64,000 nt of DNA from Nageia nagi. Its lineage: Eukaryota; Plantae; Pinophyta. Made by a program: the position numbers and the translations under genes. This document shows, piece after piece, positions 56,575 through 64,000 of this stretch. Numbering within the stretch: the stretch's first letter is position 1; each line of letters starts with the position of its first letter. Below the pieces are notes generated by a model. It was not told the DNA's origin. It made no database searches and worked only from the letters and a program-made list of their open reading frames with translations. Location: contig JBITNC010000002.1 in assembly GCA_050084985.1 (NCBI GenBank), positions 6,262,001 to 6,326,000 on the forward strand, read 5' to 3'.

Positions 56575-57135
56575 GTGTACTTCTAAAAGCCAATCACTTT
56601 TACATATAATATACAAAAGCATAATTGTTTGTATTGTTGTTCCACCTATCATGCTTGTCCAAATACCCTTCGATGTATAACAAAATTGTATGATGAAATG
56701 TTAAATGTTGTTCTATATCTTAGATAAAAAAATATATATTTTTAAAGGCAGGAGATAACATGCTCACCATCACACTCAAATGGTCAAGGTTACCAAGAAG
56801 AGCCCCAAGTGGTACCCAAACTAAGTAATAAGCTATCAAATTCACATAAGCTATTGTACCTTACTTTCTTAATCCCACCATTGCACTTGAATGTCCAAGA
56901 GGATTACTTTCTTTTGTCAAAAAGAAAAAATATAAGAGTGGATTAGAATGGAAATCAGACTTTCATCCATTAGAATCATATTGAGAAATTGTTCACCTAA
57001 AAAAATAGGTTGCACATTGTTAAGTAGAATGGTGTATGCTAATAGGATTGCCAATTTTGACATAACCTTTTGAATAATGGCAATGGCACTATCTGTGTAT
57101 AATGATGGAAAACTATCATGAAACAAAATAATAAA
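56575..57135 (-). pseudogene. MATE/DTX efflux transporter 3' fragment (three exon-sized pieces)
   Basis: FHDSFPSLYTDS...KLAILLAYTILLNNVQPIFLG; GTIAYVNLIAYYLVWVPLGALLG; GIWTSMIGGTTIQTIMLLYIICKSDWLLEV match the C-terminal MATE signature; stops present, 5' part not seen. Confidence 0.85.
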
Positions 57136-58219
57136 GATCTGAAGAACATTACTTTATATCTCCAATAATCGTCAGAAGAACATTCTTCATGTTTGAAATG
57201 CTAGAATGCCCATGGTGATTTGACAAAATGGTTGAGAAAGTTGCATGTAGCTCAAAAGTGTCTTTGCACTACTTGTCAAATCACCTAGTTGGTCATCCTT
57301 TGCTTGCCCACGGTTTCCCTTTTGCATTCAATTTCAAGGCATCTCCTTGGAGGAAACTGAGGTTCATATTCTATTAATATTTCCCATGTTTAGATTATTT
57401 ATTTATTGACTTTATATATGTATATTATAATTTATATAAAATAAAAATTGATGAATTCATAATGATGTTTTAATATAATTATTTAAAATTAAAAAATTCA
57501 AAATAATTAAATGCAAAAAAAAATGTATGTATTTATTTAATCAAGTAAGAGTTAATTATGATATTTAATTCTTATTTTTACTTGTGTTATTATTGTTAAA
57601 TAAATAATATAAAAATCTTATTATGTGTAGATTTTAAAATTTTATACGTTGTAAAATAATTTATTTATTTATTTGAACAATGTATTATGTTTACATTATT
57701 TATGTATTAGTTTGAAATGTTCTTAAAAATAAACATTTGATTATGTTTACGAAATTGCTTTTGATCCAATCCACCTGATTTCAATCATATGCACTTTATC
57801 ACATACATGTTATGAACCAATGATTGGTTAAATGAGCTCCCAAATCTCAATGTGGAGTACATGATTTTAACACATGTCTTCATTTCCTCTCCTATCTATT
57901 CCATTTTACCTCGTCAAATCCTTTACTAAATGACAACATAATTATCTATATATAGGGATTTACACTCTAAAAAACTAAGCATAGATCTTTCATAATAAAT
58001 GTTTAATTTTAAAGCCTTCTTTGACTATATTAACATAGTTGTATTATCGTAACAAGCACAACTCATTTATTACTTTCATTATTTTTAATGATTTGAATTG
58101 TAATTTATATTTGTAAATTGATAATTATGTTATAAATTATTTATATTTTATAGTATACCTAATGGTTATACTCAAATATTATTACCAGGCCATATCTTTC
58201 AACCTATTTCATTTTCACA

Positions 58220-58618
58220 ATGATTGATTTAACATCAGATGCAATTACAAGCGTACTTTCAAGCATCACTAGCCTTGACCCAATTTTGCAAATTATATCC
58301 ATAGACTCTATTCAATAACCATTAAATATCAAGTCCAGCTCTCAGATGGTTTGCATTCACACCGTGCTTTGCTTCATGTTGAATACAACACCTTTGTTAT
58401 CGAAGAAGCATTTAAGAAAGGAAGTCTTATTCATCTACAAGAATACACTTCTAAAAGATACAACAACTTTACGTATGTTCTTACTTCCCTTGCATTTTCC
58501 TTTATTATTTGTTTTGTACATACATCTACTTCCATAATAATTCATATCATTTAATTGTAGGGCCATTGTTATTAGTTGCATGGAAATAATTACAAATGAT
58601 TTTCCAATTGTTGGAGCT
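58220..58618 (+). pseudogene. RPA1: Replication protein A 70-kDa subunit N-terminal OB domain fragment, with one intron (58473-58560)
   Basis: MIDLTSDAITSVL...DPILQIISI, frameshift, KYQVQLSDGLHSHRALL...KKGSLIHLQEY, GT-AG intron, AIVISCMEII...IVG follows the RPA70N pattern (LT..AI...P.LQV...YR..LSDG...KGS.V.L.EY). Confidence 0.78.
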
Positions 58619-59112
58619 CAAAACTTAAGTTGTGACCTTTGAAAGTTGATAGTTTTCACATAAATTGAACTTCAAAACCATCAAAAAACATGCTCAGGAG
58701 AGCCCAAAGAGCACTCGTTAGCACAAAAAAATAGTGATTTTTCTCAGTAATAGAAGGTTTTCATTGAAAATGGACAATGAATTTATCCCCCTGTAGAATA
58801 GACACTATAACCAAGTCTTAGGTCATTTGGAACCAAAAATAGGACCTCCATTGTTCTTGCACTTGAGTGCAGAACTGCCCTCAATCCTGTCTTCTCAGAA
58901 TTTGTTGAAAAAAATTATACCATTGTATAGATTTCATAGAAAAAGCCCCAAAAAAAAAACGATCTTAAAACTCATCCTAGATCAAAAGTTGTCCTTTGGA
59001 AGTTGACAGTTTTCACAAAATTTCAATTCAGGGCTATTGTCAGTAGGTATACGAGTCTTGTTTACCTAGAATTTGCCGAAACAAAGTTCATCCTTGCATT
59101 GTGCTTGAAGAG

Positions 59113-59566
59113 CAAGGTTCCATCATGAGTTGGGAGCGACGGACCTTCCGGAGCGTGCTCGGGAATTCCAGAGCGGCGAAGATCATTATTTATAGGGAGC
59201 AGCTCCGATTTGACAAGCGGAGCAACTAGTATAAACTCCCTGTAGATTTTTTCTTGTTTATTGTTTCTAATTCATTACTACTATCAATTTCAAATATAAA
59301 TCAAGTATGAATTTAAATTACAAAACATAATGATAATATTAATCAAGTATGAATTTGAAAGGCATAACTGAGAAATCAAAACAAGCTATAATGTCATTAA
59401 ATCATAAACAAGTCTGAATCACTGTAGTACATAATATCATAAAATCAAAATGAGTTGCCGCTCTAGAACATCACCCCTTGCTCCCAAGCCACTCCAACGC
59501 TCTAGATTCGCCGGGGTTGCCGGAGCACCTCAGGGAAATTCCAGAGCACGCTCCAGTGGAACCTTG
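59113..59566. mobile_element. hAT-type MITE, 454 bp
   Basis: Perfect 10-bp TIR CAAGGTTCCA / TGGAACCTTG; inverted GC-rich subterminal motifs (ggagcgtgctc / gagcacgctcc); 8-bp flanks TTGAAGAG / TTGAAAAT (6/8). Confidence 0.75.
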
Positions 59567-59940
59567 TTGAAAATAGCTTTCCAATGGTGTAAAAATTCCT
59601 TAGAATTTGAAGATAGAGCCCAAGTTATGACTTCTAGAAGTTAATAGTCCAAATTTGAATCACTTTGGTAATATAAAGTTGAACAAAAGCAAGAAACATG
59701 CTTGAGGCATCTCAAAAAGCAACCATGACCATCAAACAAGGCAAAATAATAGGTAATCATGTTTGCATTGAAAATAGGAGCCTATGACAATGAAAGAAGA
59801 TGCTCTCTGAGGCCTTTTCAATGCACCTGAGGGGCAATTTTTGACCCTACCTTGTGGGAAAAATGATCATCTGCTTCAGCGTTTTAATTTCTCCTCATGC
59901 AACACAAACTTATGTCCTACAAGACAAAAAAATTATATCT

Positions 59941-60106
59941 CATAAATAGAAGTAGAAATTAGAAACTCAATGTAAGGTTCAGTATCAAGACAACCAGAGC
60001 AGGTCATAGTTTCAGTTTCAGGTCATAAATAGAAGTAGAAATTAGAAAATCAATGTAAGGTTCAGTATCAAGACAACCAGAGCAGGTCATAGTTTCAGTT
60101 TCAGGT
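59941..60106. repeat. 83-bp near-perfect tandem duplication
   Basis: cataaatagaagtagaaattagaaa...gtttcagtttcaggt x2, one mismatch. Confidence 0.95.
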
Positions 60107-62431
60107 CAATTTGAGCCAAAAATAGCACCACCACAGATAATTTCATAGGCTTACAGGATTGCCATCAATCCTGTTTTTCATGAATTTTGAGTTCAAGTTA
60201 GTTGGTGGTGCCATCTAGCTTCAAGATGCTTTCTGGATGGTTAGTTTTTCTGTTTGATCAGTTTTCAAGGAAGATAGGTATTTTTCAGTCCTGAAAAGTG
60301 TTAAGCAAGCAAGAACATATCAAGAGCTTATAAATCAGGTCAAATCCTACTAATAGAGAGAAAGTGTTAGAAAACTAGCTTTAGAATCAACATTACAACA
60401 GTGAAAGGAGACCTTGGGGCAAGTTTTATGTCATTTGGGGCTAGAAACAAGACTGTAAGCAGTCATGTGCCTCAGTGCAAGATTGTCATAAATCCTTTTT
60501 TTTTTAATAATTTTCAAATCAAATAAATTTCAGAGGATGCATGACAGGTTCAGAATGTCTTCCAGGTTATTTTCAGCTTAGAAAGATAAGTTTAAAGGTT
60601 AGAAAAGCTCCATTAATAATCATAAAACAATGCAAAAAATTAGAATGTCTTACAGGAGCCATGTAATCATCCATGCTCAGCCAAAAATCAGATTAGAGAG
60701 CTTCAAAAATACAGAAATTGGTAGAATAAACAGGTTTTAGATCATTTTTTTTTGCTTAATGAAAGGGGCAACTTGGGAGGTTCCCATGACATCTCTCAAA
60801 TTTTCTCATTTCTGTATATATTTCTCTTCCTAGTTCTTTTGCTCTTCAGGAAAAATAGTTAACAAACATCCAAAATTCAACCTATAAGGCCTACGTTTGA
60901 ATTCCACACTACAAAGGGGCATTTTGGGTCCAGTAGCCAAAAAGCAAAAAATAGGTATAACAATTTTTTTTTGTAAAAATTGCTCAAATATCATTGAAAA
61001 ATGTTGTTTCATGCTAAAATTGTTTAATATCAATGTTATTATCTCTATTATCTCAATTTGTCATGTTTCATCCATTTTGGCCTTTGGGGCATTAGAAGAC
61101 CCATCAAGGCAACTCCATGATGACATCATGTTAATCACCTCCTTGAGGTTATCATGCTTTTAGGAGTTGGCTAACATTTTAGGATTATGTATGATCATCT
61201 TAATGCACTTATTTGGGCTACTATCATCACCTTTTTGATCATTGGGACAACAAGGGACTTTTCATGGGAAGATCCATGATGTATTATTTTCCATTTGGTC
61301 TTTTGGGGCATTAAAAGGTTTGCCATGCAAGAGTGATGGTGATATCATTCAACCATCATAAATCCTTTGGGTAGATGTTCTATATCATAACCTATCATGT
61401 TTATATTTGATTATCATGCTTATCACTATATGAATGTTCATTTATGTTCATCTAACAAGGGAGGTGCTTGATAGTCATCGAGAATTGCTAATGTCTCCCA
61501 TGTAATCCAAGATAGGTGCCAGCCCTCCCAAGCATATTCTTCCTTGTAGGATCCTTTTTTCTTTTTAAGGTTTATTTTGAATCCCTTGTTTTAACCAAGG
61601 TTGACAAGCAATTCCAAACATAAGGGGAAAGAAGGTAGGCAAAAACAAAGCACATCAAACTCATGTCATTCGTCTTCATCGTCACTATAATTAGGGAAGT
61701 ATTATCAAAACCACTAATATCTTTTCTTTTCTCATTTTGGAAATATGGTATTAGGTTCATCGACTGCATCTTCAAACAGGGCAAAATTTAGACATCTAAA
61801 TTTGATTTTTATATTTAATTGAATACAAAATTTAGGTATATAAAAGATTTGTTATTTTGGAGGGAATAATAATAAAATGAATTCAAATTTTATAAGATAA
61901 GGTCGACTAATCCAGTTTTAAATCATAAGTATAAATAGCAAGCTCAAGGTTATTCCAAAATATCAAACTTCTTGACAAGAAAATATTCAAATTGTCATAT
62001 CTCTTGATGCACAAGCCCTATAAGCTCTCCATGATCATCAATTCAAAGGTTATTTCTTGAAGAAGATATTGCTACAATAATATGCGAAGTTGAAAGTCAT
62101 TTTATGCCAAAAATAGAGAGTTTCAAGCTAAACTGGGGCAACCTAACCCTAGAGCCGGAGTCTTGAGATCATCCAACACCCTCCACAACTTTCGGTGCTA
62201 CAAAATTCTCAACGAAAATGATTGCCATTGGTCTTGTCATCATCTTGTAGGATAGCCATCATTCCTATTTTTGAGGATTTTCAATCCCTAGAAAGTTCCA
62301 ATGGCTTATGGCTTTAGTTTTTAGGTATGTTGTGACATCAATTTGCTTGTTTTAGGTACCGAATGCATGTTTTGAGTCATTTCTATATTTTATTTTTGGT
62401 TTTGGTCCAGTAGCATACAAGATTTTTAGCT

Positions 62432-62870
62432 TTAAGTTCCCACAAAGTTATTGCTGAAGAGGATAAGGGTTTTTAGCTTTCCTTGCTTGCATAGACCTGA
62501 CGGAATGGCATCATTCAATTGATTTTCTGCAACATCCAACATTTTCAAGGCTGAATTATTCCCTAAATTCTGAGGAAGGTTATCAGATAATCTGTTTGTG
62601 AAGAGCTTTAACTCTGAAATATTTGGGGTGTTTGCAAGTACCTCGGGTATAAACCCTTCGAAACTAGTTTGGAACAAATTTAGAGATTCCAGCGGTAGGC
62701 TTGCAAGGCTCTCAGGAATAGATCCACTAAGGTTATTTATGGAAGCATCAATTTTTTTGAGCAAAAACATATCATACATGTTAAGAGGAATCGAGCTTGC
62801 TAAATTGTTGTCATAGAGCTCAATCTATACTGCACTTTTCAGCTTCGTTATGTTCTCTGGAATTGATTTG
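62432..62870 (-). pseudogene. LRR receptor-like kinase (HAESA/HSL-like, LRR-XI) ectodomain fragment
   Basis: SIPENITKLKSAV*IELYDNNL...LKKIDASINNLSGSIPESLASLPLESLNLF...ELKLFTNRLS..LPQNLGNNSALKMLDVAENQL..AIPSGLCKQGKL..LILFSNNFVG; internal stop, truncated at both ends, no kinase domain. Confidence 0.88.
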
Positions 62871-64000
62871 CACCACAATTCCATTAACTGGTTATCAAAT
62901 TCCGTTGGCAGCAATTGGGACTAGTATGAGAATCTCATACCTTGGTTTCCTTAAACTCTACAGAACTTCTTGTGTGAACTGTCAAATATAATTAATTATT
63001 GCTAGAAAATTTCAAATCTGCCAAAAGTTTTGTCATGTCGTAATAAAATGGTTGGCTTTTTAATGGCATGAAATTTTAAAAATGGGAGATGATGAATTCT
63101 TTCCTGTTTTCCAGATGCAAATGTCAAGAAACGATGCATTGATAAAATGGATTTGCTTAGTTTTGAATAGAAAACATTGGACCTTTGGCCATACTTGAAA
63201 ATTTAAGTTATTATTTTTGCAGTAAAATTGAGAGCTGATTCTGTCAAAGTTAATCAGTCATGTAAGGCAGTGATCAGGAACAACATTATTTACAACATCC
63301 ATTAGCATAGCAGGAAGTAAAAGGACACTTAGAGAATGGCTTGGGTAAAAAAGATTTTCCTGCTTTCAAATGACATAGCAAAGGCACCCATTAACTCTTG
63401 AAACTTTACATCCTGGCATTCTAATTCTTAGGCCTCTTGGGCCTGAACTCAGCACTAGATATAACTAATCACACATGAGAAAAGATCTTTTTGTGATATC
63501 CCTTTTGGATAATTGTAATTAATTGTGGGGTTCGAAAGGTTCCTCTTTGTAATATACTTTATTCATGTATTTACACTTCATAATTGTAACTTAGGATAGG
63601 AGACTTAATGGGTCAATGGAACCCACTGTGAGCTCCAAGTGGGACATCTCCCTCCTAAGTGGTAGACTAGGCATTATTGTATTGGAGATCCCAAATTGTG
63701 GGAATCCCAAGGTATATTTATGCACTAGAGTTATGGATGGCCACTAGCATGCTAGCGCCACATTGGGGAGGGCCCCATACCCCCACGTTGGCATTATGAG
63801 TGATCATGACCACCACGTTAGCACTTTAAGTGATTAGGCCCTCCAAATACCCAATGTTGGATTAGATGGGCCTGGGATGACTCCTAGGTGAGATCTGGAC
63901 ACAAGTAATGTATAAATAGACATTGGAGCTTCATTACTGGGCAATCATTATTGATCATTACTTCTATTATAGTCCTTTGGACACAAAGTCTTAGTGGTGC

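Noticed and set aside
56575-57135. Iron-homeostasis cluster (FIT-like bHLH + MATE)
   Set aside because: The MATE is a broken fragment resembling general DTX-type transporters rather than FRD3-type citrate exporters, and FIT orthology of the bHLH is not established.
58620-61810. Possible 3' non-coding region of a large gypsy element ending in a PPT-like tract at ~61775-61790
   Set aside because: Only a degenerate PPT/LTR start and no coding evidence; boundaries cannot be supported.

Overview
AT-rich, transposon-littered eukaryotic DNA from a land plant, probably a gymnosperm (inferred from heavily decayed LTR/LINE relics and very long introns). The one intact host gene is a + strand subgroup IIIa-type (FIT/bHLH27/bHLH35-like) bHLH-ACT transcription factor with an unusual layout. 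Three paralogous, intact first exons (7708-8178, 11199-11678, 27138-27581) each have their own conserved promoter and a phase-0 GT donor. They all lie upstream of a single set of downstream exons (29934-30185, 30266-30439, 30521-30598). Each first exon encodes the N-terminus, the DNA-contacting basic region and helix 1; the shared exons encode helix 2 and the ACT-like domain. This resembles the variable-first-exon/constant-region design of vertebrate clustered protocadherins or UGT1A and is the main candidate novel system; the alternative is that copies A and B are truncated duplicates. The rest of the window contains: a young Ty1/copia 5' half with LTR and PBS; a hAT relic; CRM-like Ty3/gypsy relics; two L1 relics; a non-autonomous CACTA element; a PPT-preceded LTR; a second copia relic; MITEs; a ~380-bp (GA)n tract; and host-gene fragments (MATE, PPR, RPA70 N-domain, HAESA/HSL-like LRR-RLK). 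All calls come from reading the sequence by eye; no searches were run.
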